From NCBI GenBank assembly GCA_964016885.1, contig OZ024742.1, positions 188,728,001 through 188,792,000 on the forward strand: a DNA stretch of 64,000 nucleotides, written 5' to 3'. Both the position numbers and the translations under genes were made by a program. This document shows, piece by piece, positions 14,391 to 28,894 of this stretch. The notes beneath the pieces are model-generated. The model ran no database searches, was not told the DNA's origin, and saw only the letters and a program-made list of their open reading frames with translations. The first letter of the stretch is position 1. Each line of letters begins with the position of its first letter. Origin of the DNA: Eledone cirrhosa. Taxonomy: Eukaryota.

Positions 14391-15279
14391 TTTCACTTCA
14401 AAAGATCTAAGAAGACGGAACTATGTGTTGATATAAAAGCACATGTTGCAGCTCCATCACTTTACCACTTCTTCTTAGAACTATCTCTTTCGCTAAAACA
14501 CTCACAGTGGTTAAGGATTTCGAAGTTGATGTCATCCTCAATGCCCGTAAGTCGGTGATTAATTTCGACGACTTTATTTGGATTAAAAAATCACATCGTT
14601 GTATGTGTATGTGTGTATATATGTGTACATATGGGATGCACCTAAGCCTGTGTTTGTGCGTGTGTGCTTGCAATGATGGGCGTTGACATACAAGCATATG
14701 TACTTTATGCCGAAATAAGAACTGTAGTTCTCTGCATTTCCGGATTTTAACACTCAGATTCTGGTGTTTTACACTCCACTCTTGTCTCATTTGCTCTTCA
14801 AACCCCCTACCCCATGATAGTGTAAGGATTGTAATCCTTTGCACTTCTCGATTCAGACACACAGCCTTTCTACTTCAGTCAATATTTTCCAAATCTTTCA
14901 AACTTTGATATTGGTTGTAACACGCACGCATTTTATTTTATTCTATTTTTTTATTTCTTTATTTTATTTTGTCTTATTTTTTTTATCTGTTTGGCAACCC
15001 CCCTCCCCCACCACGTGAAATTGTAGCAGGATAGATGCCAACCCACACACACAAAATCTTCTGAACATAGCAGCAGCAAACCAAAGCTGACCCGCCAGCT
15101 GACCCCTTAACACCACTACCACTACTAACACAATGGAGGTGGTCAGCTGTACTTAACACAAATAACCACAACAGATTGTCTGCCTCAGTAAAATTTCTAT
15201 AGACTGTTGACTGAGGAATGTTCTCACAACACACCAATGGGATGAGAGAGTGTCCTATGACGCCGAAATTCGTTTGTTC

Positions 15280-15501
15280 TAATTCACATGATTCCAGTTC
15301 CTCAGAGAAATAACGACCCAACCATAAGCTGGACATATCGGAGTATTGACGGAGTAAAACACTTCAACAACATGTGTACCTGTCTCTACCACACCAGTAC
15401 GGACTGCCTGAAGAGGTCAAAGCCAATGATGGCTGTCACCAAAATATATATAGCAGTACATCTTTAATCAACGAAGCCAAATTTTAAATATTTGACTTAA
15501 T

Positions 15502-15510
<9 letters not shown>
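15280..15510 (+). mobile_element. PLE pLTR fragment (family of 58204-58749) with a decayed hammerhead at 15403-15457
   Basis: ACTGC-CTGAAGA-GGTCAAAGCCAATGATGGCTGTCACC-AAAA(GAAA mutated)-TATATATA-GCAGT. Confidence 0.75.
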
Positions 15511-15595
<85 letters not shown>

Positions 15596-16077
15596 TAACA
15601 CGATATCTTTCTTCTTGCTTTTTTCGTCTTTGTTTCATTCATGTCTCGTTTACTGTGAGCCACCAAACCTTTTCCATGACGTCATATAAAATACAATGTG
15701 TATTTAGCTTAATTGCTATAAATTAATGTCTTGTTTCCCGTCTCTTATACCACTGGACAGCATTTAGCTCCTGTGAGACGAAATGACCCCGGGTGGTTCA
15801 ACGGTACTGTTGGTAAAGGTCGAAACTGCCAAGTCCCATCTTAACGGCCGATGACCATGGAGTTTGTGTCCTTCGTTTGTATTTATTGTTTTTTTTTAAT
15901 GATTCTTTAAGCTTTCCCCGTTTTGTTTTGTTTCCGTTCGTTGTCGTGTCATCTCTTTGTTAATTTCTTTACCGTCAACCATCTGAACTTGAACCGAAAC
16001 CAATTCACAAATATCCACGTACAGAATTAAATACCCACGCACACTCACACATACACAGACCCTCACACACGCAAACC

Positions 16078-16135
<58 letters not shown>

Positions 16136-16996
16136 TGTGTGTGTGGGTGTATACACTATTCGGTAGCCCACACCTGATGTATTACGTTTGTATTCTGAGG
16201 TCACTTAATACCTGAAAATCTCTCGTAAGTTCATGTTATTTCTATAAATTCATCATTGCCTAATTCACCTTCAATCTGGGGAGGTATATTTTCAACATAT
16301 ATGTGAACTAACGTTTACTGTTTAACCAATTGTGTACTCAACAATTATATTATCCATTTGTGGTACAAACTAATGCAGTAGAAAAAGTTATCTATATGCA
16401 AGTGATAGTGGAAACATTACCGCAATATGTTTTTGTGTCGCTTAGAATTCATATGGTGGTGATATATGACAATAAATATGGAATCACAAGATAGGAAAAT
16501 AATTGTTTCTACTTCTGGCACAAGGCCAGCAATTACCCAGTGCATCACTGGTACTTTATTTTATCGAGCCCGTAAGGATGAAAGGCAAAGTTAACCTCGA
16601 TAATACATTCATGATAGAGTTTGATTTTAATGTTTAAATACCCGACAGAAATATTGCTGTTACTACAGACAGATATAGTCAGGCAACCTATTACAATTCT
16701 ATGTATGCAAATGTGGCTGATTGGTTAAGAAGCTCTCTTCGCAGTCATGCGGTCTCGGTTAGATCTCACTTTATTGGATGTGATTGTGTCTTAATCCATA
16801 GACTCTTCGATTGAATATTTTTTAGTGAAATTGTGTAGAAGGAAATTGCATGCAAGCTCGTTGGATACATTCTACCTGAAATTCAATGATCTCGCCTTTT
16901 CACGCATTGTGTCACGCTGATTCTGCTTGAGCATTATTCTAAGTGCCTGTTGAGTAATCTACTACTTAACCGTTAATTCATCTAACGAACACTGCA

Positions 16997-17386
16997 TCGG
17001 GCAACTGTCTTTAAACCCGGCTGCTATTTTTAGCGGCATGAGTATGAGACGCGCTAGGCGCTGCAACATGTGCTTTTATATCAACAGATAGTTCTGTCTT
17101 CTTAGATCTTTTGAAGTGAAAGGTACGAATTTCTTGGATACCCACAGAAGAGCACAGGGATGGTGAATTTCACTTAATAATTCTTGCGGAACAGATTTTA
17201 GGTCTGTCCGGGTATTAAAGGCAGTTGCCCGATATAGGTTTGTTATTTTTATTGATTTATTCCTTTAAATCGAGACCAGCAAACCATATTGTTTTAACTT
17301 AGTATTTTTTCAACCTAGCTAACTTGGTCATTTGCAATTCGAACACATGTATACTTGTATCGGTGTTCATCCCTCTCATATATTCA

Positions 17387-17390
<4 letters not shown>
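16997..17390 (+). mobile_element. PLE-like pLTR with 25-bp inverted repeat (16997-17020 / 17208-17232) and decayed hammerhead (17138-17214)
   Basis: TACCCA-CAGAAGA-GCA..TGC-GGAAC-AGA..TCT-GTC-CGGGTA. 17060-17135 recurs inverted at 14378-14455; the tail recurs at 60760-60830. Confidence 0.55.
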
Positions 17391-17438
<48 letters not shown>

Positions 17439-17464
17439 TGTATATATATATATATACATATATG

Positions 17465-17500
<36 letters not shown>

Positions 17501-18419
17501 CATATATGTATATATATATATATATATATACATATTTATACATATATATATATACATATTTATATATATATATATACACATTGACCAAAATTAGAATGCT
17601 GTTGGAGTATGTATACATTTTTCGGGACACCATATATATATATATATATATATATATGCGTATGTATGCCTTTAGATGTGTTTGTGTTCATTTTATATTA
17701 CTGTACATTTGTATCTGTATAGTTTCTTTGTAACTTAACAGATTTAATCTTTACACAAGTAATATCTAACAAACGCGATGTTGATAAAAGTCAAAAATAT
17801 CATAATGAAATGGAGGAGTTAAGATTAGTTCCGTCTGAACACGCTTTATAAGTATTTCATGTAACAACACATACCAAAATACATATTCTGTTGTTTTTTT
17901 TCATTCTCTCATTTGCTATATACTTCAATGAAAAGTACATAATGTAGCCTTGTACCTAGCCATTTTTATTAAACTCTTTTCCCACTGATTAGCAGACGAT
18001 AATCCATGTATATCTCCATAAAAACTAAATATAATATATGATACATCTAAATAATTATCTATGTATAAATAATCCAATAATTATACGCATACAGCTCATA
18101 TACACATGTTTATGTACAACACTTTCTATGTAATCCTTATTCATTATCACTTGTAAAGATAAGCATAAGTTTCCAGCTCAATCCTTAACATACATATATA
18201 TATAGTTATATGCTTGTGTATTTCTCTTTAGATTTATTTGTGAAAGAAAATGTTTGAGCAGTTTTTCGTTTATGCCTATCAAAACATACTAGAGTCAAAA
18301 CTATCAATAACATTTTAAATAATTACTCTTTATCTATATGTGTCTGACTGTCTCTCACCCACTCTCTTTCGGTCACACAATCTCTCTCTCTCTCTACCTC
18401 GCTCTCTCTCCACACACGC

Positions 18420-18457
<38 letters not shown>

Positions 18458-18621
18458 CGAGAGAATGAGAGGGAAGGAAAGGAGAGACGGGTGTTAAGAA
18501 AGAAGGTGAATTTATCTCAGTATGAAATACTTTATTCATCGACCTCGGAGTGGGGAAAAGTAATGTTTATCTTGTAGGGATTTGAATGCATACATATATG
18601 TATGATATTTAATAAACCTGA

Positions 18622-18683
<62 letters not shown>

Positions 18684-19209
18684 CAAGACCGACAGGTAGA
18701 CTTACACAGTGAATAGATTGAAAGAAATATTCAAAATATTTTTATAGTGTATGAATATGCTTCCTAAATTGTTTCCTTTTCTACAGAAATTATATGTCCA
18801 AATTTAGAACCACCATCATGTTTCGTAAATTATTATTGGAATATTTGAAGGATAAATGCAATTATTTAAATATAGAACCGTCGATTTAGATGAGTAATTT
18901 TAGCAGGAAGAATTGTGTCAGGCTAATGTGTAACTGGCCTTAGGTATGTTTAGAGTCTGTCTGGATTTCTATCTTTAGTTATTTTAGATATTTTCCATTT
19001 AATAAGCAGATAGATAGAACGAGTCAGTATTATTGATAATATTGTTGTTGTTGTGGATTGACAGAATCGCTAAAGCGTCGAACAACTATTCCTTTGCATC
19101 ATTTAGTTACATCTCTTTACGTTCTGAGTTCAAATCCCACCTAGGACAACTTTACATTTCATCACTTCGAGATATATAAAATCAAGTCCAATCTTCTTTT
19201 TATCGATTC

Positions 19210-19500
19210 GTTACACCACATTCATCCAGTTTTGTGCACAGAGCTCTTCCTCGGATGTTAAGGTTTCAAGCTCATTAAGTGTGCTTGAATTTTCAAGATT
19301 GGAGCAAACAAGGTGCTACAGAGTTTGTAATTGCCTGCATTGATAGTTGGAATCATCTTCGGTGGCATATCTACAGCGACCAAAATCTGTTAGGATGCGA
19401 TTCAACTAGAACTAGAAGAGCCAGGCATTACAGGAACCAGAAGTGGGGTGTTCTGTAGTGTATCCTGGGAGAAGGATTGGCAAATGGGAGAATTCTTTTG
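19210..19500 (-). pseudogene. Possible decayed non-LTR retrotransposon C-terminus
   Basis: Minus-strand translation LNRILTDFGRCRY resembles LNRxRTGxGRC motifs; broken frame. Confidence 0.3.
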
Positions 19501-20440
19501 ACGGGGACGGCAGTGTGGACGCTCATTCAGTGGTCCCCAAAACCAATAAAACACTAACGTGAATATAATTGAAGTTCACGTTCCTATAAATTACTGACGT
19601 TAACCTAGAAATTATTTTTATTTTAAAATGTTTCGTAGATTAGCAGAATCGTTAGAGCATCGGAGAAAATGTATCGCAGTATTTGTTCGTGCTCTTTACA
19701 TTCTGATTTCAAAACCCAGAGTTCAACTTCACCTTTCATTCATTCAAGGCCGATAAAATAATTACCAGTTAAGTACTAGGGAATATTTATTGATTTTTCC
19801 TCCCATAAAAACTGCTGGCCTTGTGCCTCTATTATAAACAATTAGTAAGGGCGGGGGATTGGCAGAATCGTTAGAAACTTAAACAAAAATGTTTAGGTCT
19901 TACATATTAATACTCTACCACTCAAATACTGGTGTCAATGTAATCGACTCTTCCCACTCCCAAATTTGCTGACCTTATATCTAAATTAGAAACTACTTAT
20001 ATTATCACCATCAACATTTGAACCGATTTATATAAAATGATATTGCGTCATCCGATGAACCTCAGTTTTCCTCACGTGTATGCAATTTTATCTTAGGAAC
20101 AGAGGTAAATGAGGTAAATCTGGCTTTGCTCGACACCACCCATATAATCTGAACAACCGCCTTACGCTCTTCCATCCACCATCATGGAAAACGGCACTCC
20201 TAAACACAAATAAACATCTCCCACTAATGCACACAACACGCTAACTCACCAATAGAACTACATACCCAGCATGTCGTCATTTATACATATAGCTTATAGC
20301 CACATTCAAACTCTTGATATCTGATGCACATCTCCCACTGTTTCGGCACCACATCTATCGCCTCGCTCCATCAAATCAATTCTTTAATCAGTTACTTGCT
20401 TCCAGCCTCGTTGCGTGATGCTTCATATTTTTTTTACCGA

Positions 20441-20474
<34 letters not shown>

Positions 20475-21284
20475 TATTTCTTTCTCTCTCTCACACACAC
20501 ACTCTATCTCACTCCTCTGCCTCCCTCTATCCCCCCCCCTCTCTCTATATATATATATATCTATATATCACCCGCTCTCGCTCTCTCTGTCTAAGGATTA
20601 GAATAGAACACTCCATGGCAGTTATACCACAATACTTTTATTTTATATACATTCTGATAAAGTCTGCAGAGTTGTATTACATAGGCATAGCAAAACAACG
20701 AGTAGTTAAAGAATTCTAAAAATGTAGCACAGTGATGAATATCTGAAGCAGTGTGCAACGAATAAATCATTTCTGATATTTAGAATTGTCCGTCAACATT
20801 TTGAGTTGGAATTCTGTCTGGATTAAACTTAATCAAATATACAACCCCTAATACTATTCAGATTTATCTGATTCTATTCTGAGGTTTTTAGGTAAATAGT
20901 ATTGCGGCAGGAATTGAACCACGGTGGGCGAAGAAGTATCTTATATCTAAATTTTAATGTACGCTGCCAATTGAAATCCTACAAGGATATCCTTATGGAT
21001 AAGTGAACGAATACTTTCAGACCTTTCCGCTAGCCACAAATGTAACGTACGAGCATAACATCGTGATGTAAATTATATAATAAATAATAATTTATATGCT
21101 CCAACTCCACTACTGAGTACCCTTTCTTCCATTCGTTACCATTCATATGCAAATACACACATACATACGAGTGTGCATGCTTGTATGCATGTGTGTGTGT
21201 GCATAAGGTGTAGGAAATATTCATCATTATGGTTCTCATAATACCATGGAAGTATATATGTATATATATATAGAATAAGAATAA

Positions 21285-21576
21285 GCGAGGAACGGGCATT
21301 CGATTCATGAACATCGCTGTTTGTCCGTTTTCTTGTCACTTCAATTTTGGATTACCTCCTTGATTGTAACCTTATTATGTAAGAATCTGTCTGAAGAGAA
21401 TATGGCAGTGGTAATACGCCGGATAGCGTGGCCACCGTTATCATCGAAATACGCCTTATCAATAAAGGACTTTATCATCTAACCTTTGTATATCCTTTTT
21501 ATAAAAATACTCCGTCACTCCTATGTGGAAAATTTACGTTGAGTTCCCGAATTGAATTGCACCAATGTTTTTACAG

Positions 21577-21577
<1 letters not shown>
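21285..21577 (+). mobile_element. PLE pLTR + tail with decayed hammerhead (CTGAAGA at 21391) and bulged stem-loop 21509-21544
   Basis: Homologous to 5815-6035 and 26708-27110; ends in TA. Confidence 0.75.
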
Positions 21578-21616
<39 letters not shown>

Positions 21617-21677
21617 TATCTATGTATATATATGCATATATCTATGTATATATATATATGTGTGTGTGTGTGTGTGA

Positions 21678-21725
<48 letters not shown>

Positions 21726-22319
21726 TTAGTATCTTAGTGTGTGTGCTTGCTCACAGGAAGCTTTAGATCACACATGAACGCCTTAATGTATTTTCTCCCG
21801 TTGATGGTAAGAAAGTATAAAACAATGATTGTATGTGAAACTGTAAGAATTTAACGTAAGATCACATCTAGATGCTATAGTTACTTTAAAAGGTGTCTCA
21901 TCATTTCCCTTACTATTTTTCTCATATATAGGCGCCATGTTACATTAAATGTGTCTCTTGGTATATATTTTGCTATTTATTTTAATATTTGTTGTTTATC
22001 GACCAAAGGTGTACCATGTTGACAATAATGTGTTGTGAGATCAGGGTGAGATCAGGGTGGGTTCGAAGGTGACTTCTTATCTTAACATTAACATTTTCAG
22101 TACAAATGTTATTCCTAGTCCGGCTTTTATGGTATGATATTAATCGATGTCAAAGATCAGATTTACAGTTAGTTATTTTAGTTATATTTCGGCAGGGAGT
22201 CGAGTAGTTTTGCAAGTAGTTTGGTGGCGGTGAATATATATCTTTTAAATGGAAGTTGATAGATATGAGTGCAAATGAGATTAGTCTTATATTACTTATA
22301 TATTTGTAAGCTTGCCAGT

Positions 22320-22610
22320 AAAAATAGCATTAACAGCAGTAGCAGCAGCTACAGTAAAAACAGTAGCAGTTACAATAGCAGTAGTGGGGGGTAGTAACAG
22401 GAGAAGGAGGTGACAGGGTGAAGAAGACGAAGACGAAGACGACAAAGAAGAAGACGAAGAGGAAGTCGACAAAGAAGAAGACGACGAAGAAAATGAACAA
22501 TAATAATAATAACAACAACAACAACAATAATGATAATAATAATAATAAGAAGAAGAAGAAGAGGAGGAGGAGGAACAAGTAGTAGTAGTAGTAGTAGTAG
22601 AACATAACAT
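22320..22610. repeat. Compound trinucleotide microsatellite (CAG/AGT, GAA/GAC, AAT/AAC, GAG, AGT)
   Basis: Directly visible. Confidence 0.9.
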
Positions 22611-22812
22611 ATAAATACATCACATTAAATCAGTATATTCCAAATATACGACCAAACGAAATGTTGCAGACAATTACGATTATAAGACATTAAAGAAAAA
22701 AACACACACCATAAATATGGTATGGACAAAACAATGTCTTTACCTCAAACTTATAATTGATAGATACACATCTAGAAATAACAGATAAAATAATGGAATC
22801 ACAAGCTAGGAA

Positions 22813-23008
22813 AATAATTGTTTCTACTTTTGGCACAAGGCCAGCAATTAATCCAGTGAATTACTGCTACTTTATTTTATCGACCCGGTAAGGATGAAAG
22901 GCAAAGTTAACCTCGGCGGGATTTGAACTCAGATCATAAAGGGACGTAACTCTATGCTTCAAAGTATGGTGTCCGACTCTCTACCGATACTGCCAATCCA
23001 CCGCCCTT
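22813..23008 (-). mobile_element. Full-length Meta-core SINE with a 13-bp target-site duplication
   Basis: CTAGGAAAATAAT at 22806-22818 and 23009-23021. Other copies or fragments at 3530-3625, 16497-16600, 19050-19190, 19635-19870, 24550-24733 and 26826-26933. Confidence 0.9.
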
Positions 23009-23396
23009 CTAGGAAAATAATGTTGGTAGAAATATATAAAAAAAAACTCGGAAGACGCAGCATGGTGGAATGATTAAGTTCGTCCCGCAATAATCAGGTC
23101 TTGGTTTAAATCCCATTGAGTGGTATATATCATTTAGCTTAGCCTCTTGCTGTTTGATGTCTTTTAAGTGAAATTAAGTAGACGGAAAGTGTATGGAAGA
23201 TTGTCAGATTGATGTTACCTGCATAAACACAAGTCTGCTTAAACACAACAGTGTCACACTGAATAGCCTACAGGACAATATTGAGGTTATAACTTGAATT
23301 GTCCCAAAACCCAGTTTTGTTATGTATTCATATCTACGGTTTGGGTTAAATATACGTATATATATATATATGTATATATATATACATATATATATA

Positions 23397-23725
23397 TAAT
23401 ATTAATTCCAAATATTAACAAAATAGATATTCTTGTGATCAATTATATTTTATTATACATATTACAGAGGTACTGAATTAAGTTCAACAGTACGTCCTCA
23501 TCAAATAAAATAAAATGATACATGACATACCCTGACATGGTAGATGGTTAATATTTAATCAAGCTAGTACTACTATAATAAAATATAATTGATCACAAGA
23601 ATATCTATTTTGTTAATATTTGAATTAATATTAATAACTCTGGAAAATATTCCTTGTAGAGTGCTTCCAACCTATTGTAAAATTCATTCTTTGATGTAGT
23701 CATTGAATCTTGTTTAACTCTTAAA
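23397..23725. mobile_element. Fold-back element (arms ~23397-23458 / 23573-23633) with tail stem-loop 23637-23662
   Basis: Inverted arms visible; decayed hammerhead TTGATGA..GTAA on the minus strand ~23450-23512. Confidence 0.75.
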
Positions 23726-23732
23726 TTTATAT

Positions 23733-24079
<347 letters not shown>

Positions 24080-24207
24080 TAAAATCTCAGTTTCGGCTTT
24101 TGTGATCAGCAGCACTTTTCAAGTGAGTATACATGTATACCTACTCTACATATCTCCATGCGTCGAGTACACACATGATTAGTGGTTTTCTCGATCTCAG
24201 CACCACT

Positions 24208-24280
<73 letters not shown>

Positions 24281-24281
<1 letters not shown>

Positions 24282-24866
24282 CAGGAAATATGTATCGTAG
24301 GAGAGGGGGAGATAGAGAGATACTGAGAAGTGCGATACAAATTACTAAATGCCAATAGCCGAAGGGATATGTGCTCAATGGTGGGTTAGCAGAGGTAAAT
24401 ATTAGAGAGGTTTAAATATTTAGTAGATAGTTCCAGCAGAGCAGGTATGAATGATTGAACGAAAGAGTTACTAGCCGTTAAAACAAGTTATTTATATAAA
24501 TCTTACATAATGTTTCACACGTATGAACTCCTCAGAGAAATGTTTGTTAATATAATTGTTTCTACTTTTGGCACAAGGCCAGCAATTATCCAGTGCATTA
24601 CTGGTACTTTATTTTATCGACCCCGTAAGGATGAAAGGCAAAGTCAACCTCGGCGAGATTTGAACTCAGACCATAAAGGGCCGTAACTCTTTGCTGGAAA
24701 GCATGGCGTCCGACCCTCTACCGATACTGCCAAATATAATGTCATCAATAAATATGTATACCGTCATAGCTGGTTGAAAAGATTCCCATGCGGGTGAACA
24801 TTAAACATTATGTAAGATTTATATAAAGAACTTGTTTTAACGGCTAGTAACTCCTTCATTCATTTG

Positions 24867-24870
<4 letters not shown>
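24281..24870. mobile_element. Fold-back element (arms 24448-24515 / 24802-24866) interrupted by a SINE; hammerhead 24498-24540 (minus); tail stem-loop 24373-24442 (minus)
   Basis: Minus strand TCT-CTGAGGA..GAAACATTATGTA-AGA; inverted arms visible. Confidence 0.75.
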
Positions 24871-24904
<34 letters not shown>

Positions 24905-24910
<6 letters not shown>

Positions 24911-25195
24911 TTGGCACTGTATGGGAGCATCCCAAAAGTCAGCTCAAAAGTGACACAGAGGAGACTGAGGTTAGCTGGACATGCTCACCGAGATCCAGAG
25001 TTGACATTGCACTCAGTGCTCCCTTGGGAGCCCCTACATGGACACACTAGAAGAGGAAGAACAAGGTTAACGTATGTTGATGCCCTAAGGACAGACACTT
25101 GTCTGTTGGAGACGCAGGACATGGCAGCGATAATGAGGGACAGAGACCGCTGGAGAGAACTCGTCCATGGATATCGGGAATTTTACCCGCCTTAG
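24905..25195 (+). mobile_element. RTE-like LINE 3' fragment inserted in (TA)n
   Basis: LYGSIPKVS..RRLRLAGH..WEPLHG..RGRTRLTYVD..DRDRWR; the stop codon abuts a TA run. Confidence 0.85.
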
Positions 25196-25221
25196 ATATA
25201 TATATATATATATATATATAT

Positions 25222-25461
25222 GAATGTATGTATGTATAGTACATTTGATAATATACTATATGTTTAATTTATAACATTTTCAATATCATTCGCTTATGAA
25301 TTTTAAAGTAGTGACCATGTCACTTACTTATTCTCAGCCAGTAACTTAGACACTACTTTAAAATTCATAGCGAATTGACTTAAAAATGTTTTAAGTTAAA
25401 CATACAGTATATTATCAAATATACTATACATACATCGCTATTTCAGCGCACAAATACTGAT
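25222..25461. mobile_element. Fold-back element; same family as 42881-43090
   Basis: 25225-25313 is the reverse complement of 25350-25435. Confidence 0.8.
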
Positions 25462-25545
25462 ATATATATAACTTGTTAAGGTGGATACCACACATACACC
25501 TATATATATGAATATATATATATGTGTGTATTTCATTATTATATA

Positions 25546-25930
25546 AGGCGGCGGTGGATTGGCAGCTTCGGTAGAGAGTCGGACACCATGCTTTGAAGCA
25601 TAGAGTTACGTCCCTTTATGATCTGAGGTCAAATCCAGCCGAGGTTAACTGTGCCTTTCATCCTTACGGGGTCGATAAAATAAAGTACCAGTAATACACT
25701 GGGTATTTGCTGGCCTTGTGCCAAATGTAGAAACAATTATTATATTAGGCGGGGAATTGGCAGTAACGGTAAAGGGCTGGACGCCATGCTTTCTAGCATA
25801 GTTACGTCCCTTTACGGTCTGAGTTCAAATCCCGCCAAAGTTAACTTTGCCTTTCATCCTTATGGGGTCGCTAAAATAAAGTACCAGTAATGTACTGGCC
25901 TTGTGCCTAAAGTAGGAACAATTATTATAT
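25546..25930 (+). mobile_element. Two tandem Meta-core SINE copies
   Basis: Same unit as 8712-9275. Confidence 0.9.
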
Positions 25931-26367
25931 TGTCCCAAGAGCCCGCTATGGTCAAGTTAACCCAGGAGAGTACTAACTTCTTTTTCTAGCAAATGCGTTA
26001 TTCGCTCACTGTCCACCTTACTACCCTTCTGTGACCACTGTATCATGTGGTCATTTCTCTCTCGGCTCCAGCAAAGTTTTCACTTGCTACGAAAGAAACG
26101 GTCCTTTTCTTTACCACGTGTTAAATTTTCCTTCCGCCTCCAGTGATGTTCTCACTTGCTACGAACGCGTCAGGAATCCGTCCTTTTTTTCTGAGGGGTC
26201 TCTTGATAAGTCGTATCAACCTCACATCAATGATGCACTTTTATAGTGCAGATATCGTTGCACACGGATCGGCGAATCTGCAGACGGAACTCTGAAGAAA
26301 AAATAGGTATATTTTTGTCTATTATTTCCTCATATTTTGTAATTTGATATATATATATATATAAATG

Positions 26368-26453
<86 letters not shown>

Positions 26454-26642
26454 AAAGAATAGAGGTGTATATATATATATATGTGTGTGTGTGTGTGCGT
26501 GTGCGCGTGTGTTTTCATATATATGAAATGCATCAAAATAAAGACATCTCGATTTCATTGTTCTGTAAAAAGGTCAATGGAAATAAAATTAGAAAAACTC
26601 ATTTCAAGGCTCGCTTATATATATATATGTATATATATATAT

Positions 26643-26708
<66 letters not shown>

Positions 26709-26935
26709 TTAGGGTAAACATTGATGCAATTCAAATCAAGCACTCAACGTACTTATTCCACTCAGGAGTGACGTAAATATCGAATAAGGAAAAGCGAAGT
26801 AGTTTCAGATGTTCAAGTCCTTTAATAATAATTGTTTCTACTTTTTGGCACAAGGCCAGCAACTACGCAGTACATTACTGGTACTTTATTTTATCGATCC
26901 CGTAAGGATGAAAGGCAAAGTTAACCTCGGCGAAT

Positions 26936-27009
26936 GCTATGATATATATTTCAATGGCGAAAGTGGCCACACTGTTCTGTGCTCCAGTCTCGCGACATCG
27001 TCAGACAGC
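26936..27009 (-). ncRNA. Type I hammerhead ribozyme in PLE pLTR 26708-27110
   Basis: GCUGU-CUGACGA-(long stem II)-GAA-AUAUAUAU-C-AUAGC. Confidence 0.7.
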
Positions 27010-28278
27010 TTGTTACATAATAAGGTTATGTTTCCGAGGAAATCCAAATTGAATCGACATGGGAACGGACGAAGTATGTGCTTTTGGGTTCTTCATCCGA
27101 TCCCCTGTGAATACCAATTCACCCCCACTGGTCTGCGCAGGCGCAGGTCCAGGGGGAAGTTGACCATTAGCTACCGCAGATTTAAACGAAATTCGCTTAG
27201 TCAGTTCCCTCTCTCAGCTAGACAATGACCCATTCAAGCCTGCACCATAGTTTACTGCTACCCATCCCGTCTGTGGCAGTCAGCCAAAAGCCAGTGGGGA
27301 TGGGATAGTGTTAGTATTTACAGGTCTCTATACTACCTCTCACTAATCATGGACAGTATAACTGACCATCAAGCCCTAAGAGGATATATTTAATTCTATG
27401 TATCATAGTTTCATATTGGAAGTTATAAGTGAAATTAGAACCCAAAATTACAATTTAAAATCGAAAATCCTAAATCAAGTATCAGAAATTATAAATTAAA
27501 AAAATTAACAATTAGAAATTAAACAATTAAAGATTTTTCAAGTGAGAATCCGGATTGAGGTGAGTAAAAAAAATATAGTGAGTAAATAATATGCAGAGAG
27601 ATGTTTAAGTAAGAATTTCTGAAAGGGGTCCTAATGTATACTATCTACATACTGAACGATGGTGCCGTAGAGTAGAACTGAGGGTAAATTACAGTACTTC
27701 GTGTAGTAGTCAATTGGGTACATAGTCGTAATTTCCATCACATGGAGCAAAACCAAGAAAAACATGTATAAAGTACACAAAAGAAAAGAACCAATGAATG
27801 AATGAATGAATGAGTGAATGAGTGAATGAATGAATGAATGCAAAAACACAGAGTACATATATGCAAAATGATCCATATTATTGTCAATTTGTCCATGTAT
27901 AGATTGAATTGAGGGGGCTTATGTTCAAATGCGATTTGGTGCAGAAAAATAGGGGTTTATCTTTGTTTCCGCGTATTTATCCAGCCGAAAGTTATTATTA
28001 TGTCCGTCCAGTGTCCGGCGTTTCCATCCCATGGTAGAGGGAATTTCCAGGGGTAGCTCATGGTGGGTTCCTCTCTTCTCCACCATATCGGTTACATCAT
28101 AGAGCGCTCAACTAATTGGAGCTAAATTCTTAGGGTAAACATTGATGCAATTCAAATCAAGCACTCAACGTACTTATTCCACATAGGAGTGACGGAGTAA
28201 ATATCGAATAAGGAAAAGCGAAGTAGTTTCAGATGTTCAAGTCCTTTAATAATAATGCTGTGCTATATATTTCAATGG

Positions 28279-28326
<48 letters not shown>

Positions 28327-28797
28327 GAGAATTGAGGTTCTATACAAAACAGTGGCTATAGAGAAAAGATGAAGTTGTAAATAGCACAGGAGAGATATTT
28401 AAGGGTCTGTGTTTCTTTTTTGATTCGTCAAAGTGACATTATTGAAAAGATAGTGTTATTAAAAGGATAATGTTATTAAAAAAAATGAGAGGGACAATTC
28501 AATTTTTTAAAAATGTTTATAAAGTATATAAAATATGAAACAATTGCCGGTTTCGATGCATTAAGATCCATCTTGTCAAATTTAGTGAAAGACGTTAATT
28601 AAAAAGAGTTGGTAGGAGTAAAGAAAGGTTTAAAATTAAAATTAAAATCGAATGTTTGAGTAAAATCATGCTTCCTGAAAAGTTGGCTGGGAATCAGAAC
28701 AAGTTGTTTTGTTGATGTGAAAGATATGCTGTTCAGAAGGATATAGGGGTTGTAAGAGCTGAAAACTCACTGTGGTAGGTTGGTATGTGTCCATAAC

Positions 28798-28852
<55 letters not shown>

Positions 28853-28862
28853 GCACTCACAC

Positions 28863-28894
<32 letters not shown>

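Noticed and set aside
22296-22623. Poly-S/T/Y/E low-complexity ORFs (also 63228-63428)
   Set aside because: Compound trinucleotide microsatellites with no splice or homology support.
27121-27300. 9-bp inverted repeat CCCCACTGG/CCAGTGGGG as a MITE
   Set aside because: Too short, single copy in the window, and no clear target-site duplication.
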